NCBI GenBank assembly: GCA_963720885.1
Contig: CAVRGW010000004.1
Coordinates: 18,674-82,673, forward strand
Origin: an uncultured Actinomycetes bacterium
GTDB taxonomy: Bacteria; Actinomycetota; Thermoleophilia; Gaiellales; JAICJC01
Direction: 5' to 3'
Length of the DNA stretch: 64,000 nucleotides
Both the position numbers and the translations under genes were made by a program. Positions 35,167 to 45,677 of this stretch are shown piece by piece. How positions within the stretch are numbered: position 1 is the first letter of the stretch; each line of letters opens with the position of its first letter. The notes beneath the pieces are model-generated. The model had not been told where the DNA came from and did no database searches. It saw only the letters and a program-made list of their open reading frames with translations.

Positions 35167-37074
35167 TCACAGGTACTTCTTGAACCAGCCGAGGATGCGC
35201 TCGGCGCGGTCGATGCGCCGGTCAGGGCGCGCCAGGTAGCGCATCCCATGCGAGCTCTCCGGGAAGAGCACGTACTCCACCTCGCGCTCGAGCGCCCGCA
35301 GGGCGACGAACAGCTGCTCGTTGTCGGACGGCGGGCAGCGCAGGTCGGCCTCGCCCTGGAGGATCAAGAGCGGCGTGGTGATGTTCACGACGTTGCGCAG
35401 CGGGGACTGCCGCCACAGGCTGTCGATGCCCTCCGGCGTCAGCGTCGTCCCCAGGCCCTCTGACTCGTTGTACATCACGCCGAAGTCGCAGTTCGCGAAC
35501 GCCGCGACCTGGTTGGCGACGCCGTTCGAGGAGACAGCGGCGGCGAACCGGTCGCTGGTGCCGACCAGCCAGTTGACCATGAAGCCGCCGTACGAGTTGC
35601 CGTAGCAGCCGAGCCGCTTGGGATCGGACAGGCCGGCCTTGACCAGGTGGTTCAGCACCGCATGGCAGTCGGCGGCGTCGACGCCACCCCAGTCGCCGAG
35701 CAACGGGGCGATCCAGTCGCGGCCGCGGTTGTACGAGCCGCGGATGTTCGGCCGGACGACGCGGTAGCCGGCGGACGCCCACATCTTCGTGTCGTGGTTC
35801 GGCGAGCGGTTCCAGGCCCACGTCGGGCCGCCGTGGATCTCGAGGATCGTCGGCAGCGGCCGCTTGCGCGCGTTCGGCGGCGACAGCACGAACGCCTGGA
35901 TCTTGCCGCCCGGACCGCGGATCTCGAGCTCCTCCTGCGCGGGCTGCGCCCGGCCGCGCGACCACGCCTGGCCGCTGCGCGTCAGCTGCCGCGGCGCCAC
36001 CCCTGGCTCGACCGCGTACACGTCCGGATCGCTGACAGCGCCCAGCGTCATCAGCGCGACCGTGTTGCCGCCGCCCTCCGAGACCGCCTGCACGCCGGGG
36101 CCGAGCGCGGGATCGACCAGCGGCGGGCCGATGCCCTCGTCGGTCACGCGGAACGGGATCTCGTTGCCATCGTCGTGGACGATCGTCAGCCGCTCGTCGG
36201 TGGTGACGCCCTCGCCGGCGAAGCGGTCGAGCTCGGCGGTCAGCGGGACGGCCGTGCCGTTGCGCTCGACGCGGTAGAGCACCTGCGGGTCGTCCGACAT
36301 GGCCGGGTGGCGCATCACGGCGACGCACACCGGCGTGCCGTCGGCGTCGAACGAGGCGCGCACCGCGTGGCCGGGGAGCTTCGAGCGGACGCGGACGCGC
36401 CGGCTGCGGACGTCGACGACGTGCAGCTGGGCCAGGGGATCGATGTCGCGGCGCTCCCCGCGGTCGGCGAGAAAGCCGATCTGCGTACCGTCGGGATGCG
36501 GGGTGACGCACGACGCAAACCAGGGACCCTCGGTCAGCCGCCGCGCGCGTCCGCTCAGCTGCACCAGGTGGACGTGCGTCGGGTGGTCGAGCAGCCCGTC
36601 GTCGTCCGACCGCCAGTCGACCCGGCGCAGCACGCGGGCCGTGGCGGTGCCCTTCTCGCGCTCGCCCACCAGGACGTGCGACTCGCCGTCGGTGGCGATC
36701 ACCGCGACGGCGCGCCCGTTCGGCATCCATTCGAACTCGGTGACTCCGCGCTTGAACTCGGTCAGCCGCGTCGCGTCGCCGCCCTCCATCGGCAGCAGCC
36801 ACACCTGCGTGATCTCGTTCTCGCGGTCGGACGTGAACGCCAGCGTCGCGCCGTCGGGCGAGAAGCGGGGCCGGCCGTCGGTCCACGCGCCGCCGGTCAG
36901 CCGGCGGGCGCGCCCGCCGCGGTAGGGGACGATCCACAGGCCGGTGCGGTCGGCGCCCTCGACGACGGTGCGCTCGGCATACACGACCTGCCGGCCGTCG
37001 GGGGACACCGCGATCTCGCCGATCAGGCGTTGTCGCAGCAGATCCTTCGGAGTGAGGCGGTTGGTGGTGGGCAT
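35167..37074 (-). CDS. S9-family serine peptidase (acylaminoacyl/dipeptidyl peptidase)
   Basis: Propeller repeats (SPDG), IHGGP, N.RGS, GNSYGG, G..DLRC, ESSHG. Confidence 0.9.
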   Translation of the reverse strand: MPTTNRLTPKDLLRQRLIGEIAVSPDGRQVVYAERTVVEGADRTGLWIVPYRGGRARRLTGGAWTDGRPRFSPDGATLAFTSDRENEITQVWLLPMEGGDATRLTEFKRGVTEFEWMPNGRAVAVIATDGESHVLVGEREKGTATARVLRRVDWRSDDDGLLDHPTHVHLVQLSGRARRLTEGPWFASCVTPHPDGTQIGFLADRGERRDIDPLAQLHVVDVRSRRVRVRSKLPGHAVRASFDADGTPVCVAVMRHPAMSDDPQVLYRVERNGTAVPLTAELDRFAGEGVTTDERLTIVHDDGNEIPFRVTDEGIGPPLVDPALGPGVQAVSEGGGNTVALMTLGAVSDPDVYAVEPGVAPRQLTRSGQAWSRGRAQPAQEELEIRGPGGKIQAFVLSPPNARKRPLPTILEIHGGPTWAWNRSPNHDTKMWASAGYRVVRPNIRGSYNRGRDWIAPLLGDWGGVDAADCHAVLNHLVKAGLSDPKRLGCYGNSYGGFMVNWLVGTSDRFAAAVSSNGVANQVAAFANCDFGVMYNESEGLGTTLTPEGIDSLWRQSPLRNVVNITTPLLILQGEADLRCPPSDNEQLFVALRALEREVEYVLFPESSHGMRYLARPDRRIDRAERILGWFKKYL

Positions 37075-37125
37075 TCGCGGAGTATCCCGGATCGCGGCCC
37101 GACTCGATACACTCGGGACGTCTCG

Positions 37126-38406
37126 ATGCGTGTCCTACTCGTTGGATCCGGCGGGCGCGAGCACGCACTCGCGTGGGGGCTGGCGCGTTCGCCGCTGCTG
37201 GGCGAGCTGCACGCCGCGCCCGGGAACCCCGGGATCGGGGATGTCGCCACGCTGCACGACGTGGCCGTCGGCGACCACGAAGGCCTGACCGAGCTCGCCG
37301 GCTCGCTGGCCGTCGACCTGGTCGTGGTGGGACCGGAGGCGCCGCTGGTCGGCGGCCTCGTCGACCGCCTGGAGGACGCCGGCATCGCCGCGTTCGGGCC
37401 GCGCGGGGCGGCGGCGCAGCTGGAGGGGTCGAAGACCTTCGCCAAGTCGGTGATGGACGCCGCCATGGTGCCGACGGCAGGGTTCGCGGTGTGCGACACG
37501 CCGGCGGCGGCGCAGATGGCGATCGCCGACGCCAACGGCAACGTCGTGATCAAGGCCGACGGCCTGGCCGCCGGCAAGGGCGTGTTCGTCTGCTCGTCGG
37601 TGGCCGAGGCCGAGGCGGCGGTGCAGTCCTGCCTGATCGACCGGCGGTTCGGCTCGGCCGGCGCGCGTGTGCTGGTCGAGGAGCGCCTGGAGGGGCCCGA
37701 GGTCTCGCTGCTCGCCCTGTGCGACGGCGAGACGGTGGTGCCGCTGGCGCCCGCCCGCGACCACAAACGGCTGGGCGACGGCGACGTCGGGCCGAACACA
37801 GGCGGCATGGGCTGCTACTCACCGACGCCGGACGTCCCGCCGGAGCTGGTCGAGCAGATCGTCGCCACCGTGCACCGGCCGGTGGTCAACGAGCTGGCCC
37901 GCCGCGACATGCCGTTCCGCGGCTGCCTGTACGCGGGGCTGATGCTGACCGCCGACGGGCCGAAGGTGCTGGAATTCAACGTCCGGTTCGGCGATCCCGA
38001 GGCGCAGGTGCTGATCCCCCGGCTGGAGGGAGACCTGCTGGACGCCCTGCAGCGGTGCGCGACCGGCGCGCTGCTCGGCTCGGCGCTGGGTGTCTCGCGG
38101 CGTTCGTGTGTGACCGTGGTGATGGCCGCGCCCGGCTATCCGGATGCGCCCGAGGACGGCATACCGATCGGCGGTGTGGGCGCCGCCGGCGAGCTCGAGG
38201 ACGTGATGGTCTTCCACGCCGGCACCGCGCTACGGGACGGCCGCCTCGTCTCCGCCGGCGGCAGGGTGCTGAACGTCACCGCGCTGGGCGACGACCTGGC
38301 GGACGCCCGGCGCCGCGCGTACGCGGCCGTCGATGCGATCGAGTTCCCCGGCGAACAGCACCGTATGGACATCGGCGCCGCGGCGGCGGTCGAGCAGCAT
38401 GCCTGA
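37126..38406 (+). CDS. purD: Phosphoribosylamine-glycine ligase
   Basis: MRVLLVGSGGREHAL, GPEAPL, KADGLAAGKGV, GPNTGGMG, EFNVRFGDPE. Confidence 0.96.
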   Translation: MRVLLVGSGGREHALAWGLARSPLLGELHAAPGNPGIGDVATLHDVAVGDHEGLTELAGSLAVDLVVVGPEAPLVGGLVDRLEDAGIAAFGPRGAAAQLEGSKTFAKSVMDAAMVPTAGFAVCDTPAAAQMAIADANGNVVIKADGLAAGKGVFVCSSVAEAEAAVQSCLIDRRFGSAGARVLVEERLEGPEVSLLALCDGETVVPLAPARDHKRLGDGDVGPNTGGMGCYSPTPDVPPELVEQIVATVHRPVVNELARRDMPFRGCLYAGLMLTADGPKVLEFNVRFGDPEAQVLIPRLEGDLLDALQRCATGALLGSALGVSRRSCVTVVMAAPGYPDAPEDGIPIGGVGAAGELEDVMVFHAGTALRDGRLVSAGGRVLNVTALGDDLADARRRAYAAVDAIEFPGEQHRMDIGAAAAVEQHA

Positions 38407-38884
38407 GCCGCAGCCGCTGCCGCAGGTGCATCCGGTCTGGGAGGAGCTGGAGGCGGCCGGCCCGCAGGTCGGCATCGTGATCGCGACCGAGGCCGACCGC
38501 GAGATCATCTCCGCCGCCTGCGACGAGCTGTTGGAGCGGGCGATCACGTTCGAGCTGAAGGTGCTGTCCGCGCATGGCGACCCGCGCGAGGTGGCGGAGT
38601 ACGGCTCGACCGCGGCGCTCCGCGGCCTGCGTGTGATCGTCGCTGCGGCCGGCGGCGCGGCCGCACTGCCCGGGGTGCTGGCGAGCTACACCGAGCTGCC
38701 GGTGATCGGCATCCCGATCCGCCGCCAGGAGATGGGGCTGGGCGGCTTCGACGCACTGTTGTCCGTCGTGCAGATGCCCGAGGGCGTGCCGGTCGCCTGC
38801 ATGGCCGTGAACGGCGCGAAGAACGCGGCGATCTACGCCGCCAAGATCCTGGCCCAGGGCCAGGGACCGCCGGCGCAGCTCTGA
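38399..38884 (+). CDS. purE: PurE-family AIR carboxylase / N5-CAIR mutase (atypical active-site loops)
   Basis: VLSAH, AAAGGAAALPG, PVIGIP, DALLSVVQMPEGVPVA. Confidence 0.85.
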   Translation: MPEPQPLPQVHPVWEELEAAGPQVGIVIATEADREIISAACDELLERAITFELKVLSAHGDPREVAEYGSTAALRGLRVIVAAAGGAAALPGVLASYTELPVIGIPIRRQEMGLGGFDALLSVVQMPEGVPVACMAVNGAKNAAIYAAKILAQGQGPPAQL

Positions 38885-38945
38885 CCCCGGCACGGCGGTT
38901 CACCGGCGGGGGCGGTCAGGGCCGGTTGGTAGACTCGTTCCAGCC

Positions 38946-40259
38946 GTGATCTCCCGTTACACCCGCCCTGAGATGGGCGCCGTCTGGTCGGACGAGCGCC
39001 GGTTCCAGCGGTGGCTCGACGTCGAGATTGCGGCGATGGCGGGGTGGGCCGACCTGGGTGTCGTCCCCGCTGACGCCGTCGCCGCGGTGCGCAGCCGGGC
39101 CTCCATCGACGTCGCGCGCATCCTCGAGATCGAGTCGCGCACGCACCACGACGTGCTCGCGTTCACCGAGTCGGTGTCCGAGCAGGTCGGGCCCGAGGCG
39201 CGGTGGTTCCACTACGGGCTGACCTCGTCGGACGTCGTCGACACCGCGCTCGCGCTGCAGCTGCGCGACGCCGGTGAGCTGCTGCTGGCTGCCGTCGACC
39301 GCGCCGAGCGTGCGGTGCTGGTGCGCGCCGAGGAGCATCGCCACACCCCGACCATCGGCCGGACGCACGGCGTTCACGCCGAGCCGACGACCTTTGGCCT
39401 CAAGCTGCTGGGCTGGGTGACCGAGCTCCGCCGCGACCGCGACCGGCTGGCCGCCGCCCTCGAGGGCGTGCGCGTCGGAAAGCTGTCCGGCGCCGTCGGC
39501 ACCTACGCCAACTGCGATCCCCGCGTCGAGGACTTCGCCCTGTCGGCGCTCGGGCTGGAGCGTGAGGACGTCGCGACGCAGGTGATCCCCCGCGACCGGC
39601 ACGCGACCCTGCTCGCGGCGATCGCGATCACCGGCTCGTCGCTCGACCGGTTCGCCACCGAGATCCGCCACCTGCAGCGCACCGAGGTGCGCGAGGCGCT
39701 GGAGCCGTTCGCGGCGGGCCAGAAGGGCTCGTCGGCGATGCCGCACAAGCAGAACCCGATCATCAGCGAGCGGATCAGCGGACTGGCCCGGGTGCTGCGC
39801 GCCAACGCCCAGGTCGGGTTCGAGAACGTGCCGCTGTGGCATGAGCGCGACATCTCGCACTCCTCCGCCGAACGCGTCGTCCTGCCGGACTCGATGATCG
39901 GGCTGGATTACATGCTCGACCGGTTCAACTGGCTGATCGAGGGCCTGGTCGTGGACGGCGAGCGGATGATGCGCAACTTGGAAGCGTCACACGGGCTCGT
40001 GTTCTCCGGCCGGGCGCTGCTGGCGCTGGTGGAGTCCGGGATGTCCCGCGAGGACGCGTACGAGGTAGTCCAGCGAAACGCGCTGCGGGCCTGGGACGAG
40101 GGACTGCCGCTGCGCGGCCTGCTGGAGGTCGACCCCGAGGCTGCCCGCGTCCTGGACGAGGCCGAGCTCGACCGTGTCTTCGACCTCGACGGCTTCCTGC
40201 GCCACGTCGACGACGTGTTCGACCGCACCACCGAGCGGCTGGGGCTGACCCGTGCCTGA
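38946..40259 (+). CDS. purB: Adenylosuccinate lyase
   Basis: [50 protein letters not shown]. Confidence 0.96.
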   Translation: MISRYTRPEMGAVWSDERRFQRWLDVEIAAMAGWADLGVVPADAVAAVRSRASIDVARILEIESRTHHDVLAFTESVSEQVGPEARWFHYGLTSSDVVDTALALQLRDAGELLLAAVDRAERAVLVRAEEHRHTPTIGRTHGVHAEPTTFGLKLLGWVTELRRDRDRLAAALEGVRVGKLSGAVGTYANCDPRVEDFALSALGLEREDVATQVIPRDRHATLLAAIAITGSSLDRFATEIRHLQRTEVREALEPFAAGQKGSSAMPHKQNPIISERISGLARVLRANAQVGFENVPLWHERDISHSSAERVVLPDSMIGLDYMLDRFNWLIEGLVVDGERMMRNLEASHGLVFSGRALLALVESGMSREDAYEVVQRNALRAWDEGLPLRGLLEVDPEAARVLDEAELDRVFDLDGFLRHVDDVFDRTTERLGLTRA

Positions 40260-41151
40260 CGATCTGGCACGCGCCCACGAGGCATCCGGCAAGGTGCGTG
40301 AGCTGTACCGCTACGGCGACACGATCCTGATGGTCGCCTCCGACCGCATATCGGCCTTCGACGTGATCATGCCGACGCCGATCCCGCACAAGGGCCGGGT
40401 GCTGACGGCGCTGTCGCGGTTCTGGTTCGACCAGACGGCCCACATCGTCCCCAACCACATGATCTCGATCCTGCCCGAGGCGTTCGCCGCGCAGGCCGCG
40501 GAGGATCCCGACCTGATCGGCCGCTCGATGCTCGTCCAGCGGCTGACGATGCTGCCGATCGAGTGCGTCGTCCGCGGCTACCTGGCCGGCTCGGGCTGGA
40601 AGGACTACCAGGCCACCGGCGCCGTGTGCGGGCACTCCCTGCCGTCCGGCCTCCGCGAGTCCGACCAGCTGCCGAACCCGATCTTCACGCCGGCCACGAA
40701 GAACACCGAGGGCCACGACATCAACATCGACCGTGCGACCGCGCAGCTGTTGATCGGCGAGGAGCGGGTGGCCAAGATCGAGGAGCTGTCGCTGGCGGTG
40801 TACGAGGCCGGCGCGGCCTTCGCCCAGCAGCGCGGCCTGATCCTGGCGGACACCAAGATGGAGTTCGGCATCGACCAGATCGGCGAGCTGGTGCTCGGCG
40901 ACGAGCTGCTGACGCCGGACTCGTCGCGGTTCTGGCCGGCCGACGGCTACGCGCCCGGCGGCCCCCAGCCGTCGTTCGACAAGCAGTACGTGCGCGACCA
41001 CCTGGAGACGCTCGACTGGGACAAGACGCCGCCCGGACCCGAGCTGCCGCCCGAGGTCGTCGAGGGCACGCAGCGCCGGTACTTCGAGGCCTACGAGCGG
41101 CTCGTCGGTGAGCCGTTCGGTGACTACCTGCAACGGATGGGAGTGACATGA
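40252..41151 (+). CDS. purC: SAICAR synthetase
   Basis: GKVRELY, SDRISAFD, ECVVRGYL.GS, ADTKMEFG, TPDSSRFW. Confidence 0.96.
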   Translation: MPDDLARAHEASGKVRELYRYGDTILMVASDRISAFDVIMPTPIPHKGRVLTALSRFWFDQTAHIVPNHMISILPEAFAAQAAEDPDLIGRSMLVQRLTMLPIECVVRGYLAGSGWKDYQATGAVCGHSLPSGLRESDQLPNPIFTPATKNTEGHDINIDRATAQLLIGEERVAKIEELSLAVYEAGAAFAQQRGLILADTKMEFGIDQIGELVLGDELLTPDSSRFWPADGYAPGGPQPSFDKQYVRDHLETLDWDKTPPGPELPPEVVEGTQRRYFEAYERLVGEPFGDYLQRMGVT

Positions 41152-41390
41152 AGGTGACCGTGCTGGTCAGACCGCGCGACGGCATCCTCGATCCGCAGGG
41201 GGAGGCTGTCCGCCGGTCGCTGGCCGGGCTCGGCTACCCGGCGGCGGATGTCCGCGCGGGCAAGGTGTTCGACCTCGAAGTCGACGGCGGCGACGAGGAG
41301 CAGGTGCGGCGGATCGCCGGAGAGATCGCCGAGAAGGTGCTCTCGAACCCGCTGATCGAGCAGTACGAGGTCGAGCTGGTGGGCGCGTGA
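41148..41390 (+). CDS. purS: FGAM synthase subunit PurS
   Basis: ILDPQGEAV, GK.F, LSNPLIE.Y. Confidence 0.95.
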   Translation: MKVTVLVRPRDGILDPQGEAVRRSLAGLGYPAADVRAGKVFDLEVDGGDEEQVRRIAGEIAEKVLSNPLIEQYEVELVGA

Positions 41391-42061
41391 CGCGGGTCGG
41401 CGTCGTGGTGTTCCCCGGGTCGTGCGACGACCGCGACGCGATGCGCGCCGTCGAGACGATGGGCGCGGAGCCGGTCGCACTGTGGCATGGCGACGCCGAC
41501 CTGCGCGGGGCCGACGCCGTGCTCGTGCCCGGCGGCTTCTCCTACGGCGACTATCTGCGCCCGGGTGCCCTGGCATCGTTGTCTCCAGTGATGACGGCGG
41601 TGCGGACGCACGCCGGCGCGGGGCGCCCGGTGCTGGGCGTCTGCAACGGCTTCCAGGTGCTGACCGAGACTCGGCTGGTGCCCGGCGTGCTCCGCACAAA
41701 CGCCTCGATGCAGTTCAGGTTCGAGGATGCCAACCTCGTGGTCGAGCGCGAGTCGCCGTGGCTGCCGGCGCGGATCGCCGGAGACGTGCTGTCGATTCCG
41801 ATCAAGCACCACGACGGCTGCTGGTTCGCCGAGCCCGAGGCCGTCGCCGAGCTGGACGCGCGCGGTCAGGTGCTGCTGCGCTATCGCGAGAACCCCAACG
41901 GCTCGGTCGGCTCGATCGCCTGCGTGACCAACGAGCGAGGCAACGTCGCCGCCCTGATGCCGCACCCGGAGCATGCCGTCGACCCCCTGCTCGGCTCGAC
42001 CGACGGCCGCGTGCTGCTGCAGGGGATGCTCGACCTGGCCCGCCAACCGGTGGCCGTGTAA
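41387..42061 (+). CDS. purQ: FGAM synthase glutaminase subunit
   Basis: VFPGS, PGGFSYGDYLR, GVCNGFQ, NPNGS, MPHPE. Confidence 0.96.
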   Translation: MTRVGVVVFPGSCDDRDAMRAVETMGAEPVALWHGDADLRGADAVLVPGGFSYGDYLRPGALASLSPVMTAVRTHAGAGRPVLGVCNGFQVLTETRLVPGVLRTNASMQFRFEDANLVVERESPWLPARIAGDVLSIPIKHHDGCWFAEPEAVAELDARGQVLLRYRENPNGSVGSIACVTNERGNVAALMPHPEHAVDPLLGSTDGRVLLQGMLDLARQPVAV

Positions 42062-42099
42062 CCGGTCGATCTGCCCCGTGGGGTAGCATTCCTCAGGCC

Positions 42100-44262
42100 T
42101 TGAATGCCGTCTCGCCAGAGCCGCTGCATCGCACCCTCGGGCTGACCGACGGGGAGCTCGGGCGTATCCAGGAGCTGCTGGGCCGCGATCCGAACGACTT
42201 CGAGCTGGCCGTCTACTCGCTGCTCTGGAGCGAGCACTGCGGCTACAAGCACTCGCGGCTGCTGCTCCGCCGGTTTCCGACGTCCGGTGAGCGGGTGCTC
42301 CAGGGTCCGGGGGAGAACGCCGGCGTGATCGACGTGGGCGACGGGCTCGCCGTTGCGCTCAAGGTCGAGAGCCACAACCACCCGTCTGCGGTCGAGCCGT
42401 TCCAGGGCGCGGCAACCGGTGTCGGCGGCATCCTCCGCGACATCTTCGCGATGGGCGCACGGCCGATCGCCATCCTCGACTCGCTGCGCTTCGGCGAGCT
42501 GGACGACGACCGCCAGCGGCACCTGTTCACCGGCGTCGTGGCCGGTGTTGGCTCCTACGGCAATTGTGTCGGCGTCGCCAACGTGGGGGGCGAGGTCGAG
42601 TTCGACGACTCCTACGAGCACAACACACTGGTCAACGCGATGTGCGTCGGCCTCCTGCCGGCCGAGAAGCTGACGCGGGCCAAGGCCACCGGCCCGGGCA
42701 ACCTGGTCGTGCTGTACGGGTCGAAGACCGGTCGCGACGGCATCGGCGGCGCGTCGGTGCTGGCCTCGCAGGGCTTCGACGAGAGCTCGGCGGACAAGCG
42801 GCCGAGCGTGCAGATCGGCGACCCCTTCACCGGCAAGAAGCTGATCGAGTGCACGCTCGACCTGCTCGACCGCGGGCTGCTGGCCTCGCTGCAGGACCTG
42901 GGCGCGGCCGGGCTCGCGTCGTCGCTCAGCGAGATGGCGGCGAGTGGCGGGGTCGGCATCGATGTCGACCTCTCGGCGGTGCCGCTGCGCGAGGCGGACA
43001 TGGAGCCGTTCGAGATCATGATCTCCGAGTCGCAGGAGCGGATGGCCGCCGTGGTCGAGCCGGGACGGCTGGACGAGGTGCTGGGCGTGTGCGCTCGCTG
43101 GGACCTGGATGCGACGGTGATCGGGTCGGTCACCGCCTCGGGCCTGCTGCGGGCGTTCGCCGGTGGCGCCGAGGTGGGGTCGATGCCGGTCGACACGCTG
43201 GTCGACGGCGCGCCCCGCTACAAGGTCGCGCAGGAGCGGCCTGCCCGGCTCGAGGACCAGCCCCGCCTGTTCGCCGAGCCGGCCGACCCGTCGGCCGCGC
43301 TGCGCGCGCTGCTCGGCTCGACGGACTGCGGCAGCCGGCGGTGGGTGACCCGTCAGTACGACCAGCTGGTCGGCTCGGGCACGGTGGTGCGGCCGGGCGG
43401 CGACGCCTCGGTGGTGCGGCTGACGCCCTCGGCTCGTGCGATCGCTGTCTCCCTCGACGGCAACGGCAGGCGGACGTCGCTCGACCCGCGGCGCGGCGGG
43501 ATGAGCATCGTCTGCGAGGCGGCCCGCAACGTCGCCTGCACGGGAGCGCGGCCGGCCGCGATGACGAACTGCCTGAACTTCGGTAACCCCGAGACCGGCG
43601 AGGTCGGCTACGAGCTGGCCGAGTCGATCGAGGGCATGTCGCTGGCCTGCGAGGCGCTCGACCTGCCGGTGGTGTCGGGCAACGTCTCGCTCTACAACGA
43701 GCACTTCGGCCGGGCGATCCACCCGACGCCGGTGGTCGGCGTCGTGGGGGTGCTGGACGACGCGTCCCTGGCCGTGCGCGCCGGGTTCCGCGAGACCGGC
43801 GACGTGGTGCTGCTGGCCGGCGACGGCGAGGCGGCGCTCGACGGATCGGCGTATCAGAAGGTGGTGCTCGGCGAGCACGGCGGCCGGATCCCCGAGCCCG
43901 ACCTGGACTCCGAGCGGCGGCTGCACGAGTTCCTGGCGCAGGCGGCGGAGCGCGGGCTGCTGCTCAGCGCCCATGATGTCGCTTCAGGCGGCATCGCGAT
44001 GTGCGTCGCCGAGGCGGCGATCGCCGGGTCGGTCGGTGCGTCGGTCGAGGCCGAAGACCTGTTCGGCGAGGGCGACGGCCGTGTCGTGATCACCGCCGCG
44101 CAGACCGACGTCGCCGCGCTGCGCGAGCTCGCCGGCGACATGCCGCTGCGCGAGATCGGCACGGTCGGCGGGTCGGCCATCCGGGTCGGCGCCGCGGAGG
44201 TGTCGCTGGCCGAGGCGGCCGCGCTGCACGACGCGGGCATCACCAATGCGGTGGGCGCCTGA
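42100..44262 (+). CDS. purL: FGAM synthase synthetase subunit (small PurL)
   Basis: WSEHCGYK, KVESHNHPS, GAATGVGG, TGRDG, QDLGAAG, SESQERM, SGNVSLYNE. TTG start at 42100 is tentative. Confidence 0.95.
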   Translation: MNAVSPEPLHRTLGLTDGELGRIQELLGRDPNDFELAVYSLLWSEHCGYKHSRLLLRRFPTSGERVLQGPGENAGVIDVGDGLAVALKVESHNHPSAVEPFQGAATGVGGILRDIFAMGARPIAILDSLRFGELDDDRQRHLFTGVVAGVGSYGNCVGVANVGGEVEFDDSYEHNTLVNAMCVGLLPAEKLTRAKATGPGNLVVLYGSKTGRDGIGGASVLASQGFDESSADKRPSVQIGDPFTGKKLIECTLDLLDRGLLASLQDLGAAGLASSLSEMAASGGVGIDVDLSAVPLREADMEPFEIMISESQERMAAVVEPGRLDEVLGVCARWDLDATVIGSVTASGLLRAFAGGAEVGSMPVDTLVDGAPRYKVAQERPARLEDQPRLFAEPADPSAALRALLGSTDCGSRRWVTRQYDQLVGSGTVVRPGGDASVVRLTPSARAIAVSLDGNGRRTSLDPRRGGMSIVCEAARNVACTGARPAAMTNCLNFGNPETGEVGYELAESIEGMSLACEALDLPVVSGNVSLYNEHFGRAIHPTPVVGVVGVLDDASLAVRAGFRETGDVVLLAGDGEAALDGSAYQKVVLGEHGGRIPEPDLDSERRLHEFLAQAAERGLLLSAHDVASGGIAMCVAEAAIAGSVGASVEAEDLFGEGDGRVVITAAQTDVAALRELAGDMPLREIGTVGGSAIRVGAAEVSLAEAAALHDAGITNAVGA

Positions 44263-45677
44263 TGTGCGGCATCTTCGGCATCTACGACCCGGTCGGCGCC
44301 CCCGACCGCGACGTCGCGCGGCTCACGTACTTCGGCCTCTACGCGCTGCAGCACCGCGGCCAGGAGAGCGCGGGCATCGCCGTCTCCGACGGGAGCCGGG
44401 TGATGGCGATGAAGGACATGGGCCTCGTCAACCAGGTGTTCGACGAGCCGAAGCTGTCGGCACTGCCCGGCCGCATGGCGATCGGCCACGCGCGCTACTC
44501 GACCACCGGCTCGACCGTGTGGCGTAACGCCCAGCCGATCGTGCAGCACGCCGGCGGCCGGACGATCGCGCTGGCGCACAACGGCAACCTGACCAACACG
44601 ACCACCCTTCGTGATGAGCTGCGCGAGCAGCGGGTGCGGCTGCACTCGACCTCGGACACCGAGGTGATCGCGGCGCTGATCGCGAACCACCCGTCGGGCG
44701 ACCTGGGCGCCGCCGTCACCGACACGATGCAGCAGATCGAGGGCGCGTTCGCCGCCGTCGTCCTCTCCGAGAACGCCGTCGCCGGATTCCGCGATCCCGA
44801 CGGCATCCGCCCGCTGGTGGTCGGCCGCGTCGACGACTCCTGGGTGCTCGCATCCGAGACCTGCGCGCTGGACATCATCGGCGCGACCGTCGAGCGCGAG
44901 CTCGCCCCGGGCGAGCTGGTCGTGCTCGACGAGCACGGCGCTCACTTCAGCCAGGCGGTGCCGCCGCGCAGCGAGTCGCTGTGCATCTTCGAGTACATCT
45001 ATTTCGCCCGGCCGGACACCACCCTCAACGGCCGCGGGCTGTACGAGGCCCGGGTCGAGATGGGCCGGCGGCTGGCCGCCGAGTCCACCGTCGACGCCGA
45101 CGTCGTCATCCCGGTACCCGATTCCGGGACGCCCGCCGCGGTCGGCTTCGCCCAGGCCAGCGGCATCCCGTTCGGCGAGGGGCTGGTCAAGAACCGCTAC
45201 GTCGGCCGCACGTTCATCCAGCCCGACCAGGCGCTGCGCGAGCGCGGCGTCAAGCTCAAGTTCAACGTGCTGCGCTCCGTGCTCCAGGGTAAGCGGGTGG
45301 TGGTCGTCGACGACTCGATCGTCCGCGGCTCGACCACCCGCAAGCTGGTCGCCATGCTGTTCGAGGCGGGCGCCCAGGAGGTGCACCTGCGCATTTCGTC
45401 GCCGCCGATCATCTCGCCCTGCTTCTACGGCATCGACATGGCCGACCAGGATCAGCTGATCGCCGCCGGCCGCAACGTCGGCCAGGTGCGCGACGCGCTG
45501 GGCGCGACCTCGCTCGCCTACCTGTCGCTGGAGGGGCTGCAGGAGGCGACCGGCCAGACCTCCGACCACTTCTGCCGCGCCTGCCTGACCGGCGACTACC
45601 CGACCCACATCCCGGACGAGATGCGGCTGTCGAAGCTCCGGTTCGAGCCGCTGCCTGCGCCGGCGGCCGCCGGGTGA
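44262..45677 (+). CDS. purF: Amidophosphoribosyltransferase
   Basis: MCGIFG, LQHRGQE, GHARYST, HNGNL, VDDSIVRG, plus Fe-S Cys residues. Confidence 0.96.
   Translation: MCGIFGIYDPVGAPDRDVARLTYFGLYALQHRGQESAGIAVSDGSRVMAMKDMGLVNQVFDEPKLSALPGRMAIGHARYSTTGSTVWRNAQPIVQHAGGRTIALAHNGNLTNTTTLRDELREQRVRLHSTSDTEVIAALIANHPSGDLGAAVTDTMQQIEGAFAAVVLSENAVAGFRDPDGIRPLVVGRVDDSWVLASETCALDIIGATVERELAPGELVVLDEHGAHFSQAVPPRSESLCIFEYIYFARPDTTLNGRGLYEARVEMGRRLAAESTVDADVVIPVPDSGTPAAVGFAQASGIPFGEGLVKNRYVGRTFIQPDQALRERGVKLKFNVLRSVLQGKRVVVVDDSIVRGSTTRKLVAMLFEAGAQEVHLRISSPPIISPCFYGIDMADQDQLIAAGRNVGQVRDALGATSLAYLSLEGLQEATGQTSDHFCRACLTGDYPTHIPDEMRLSKLRFEPLPAPAAAG

Noticed and set aside
35647-37125. 919-aa PurD fusion, and likewise extended PurL, PurF, PurN, SthA and IclR ORFs
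   Set aside because: The extensions overlap other real genes. Conserved N-termini begin at the later starts.
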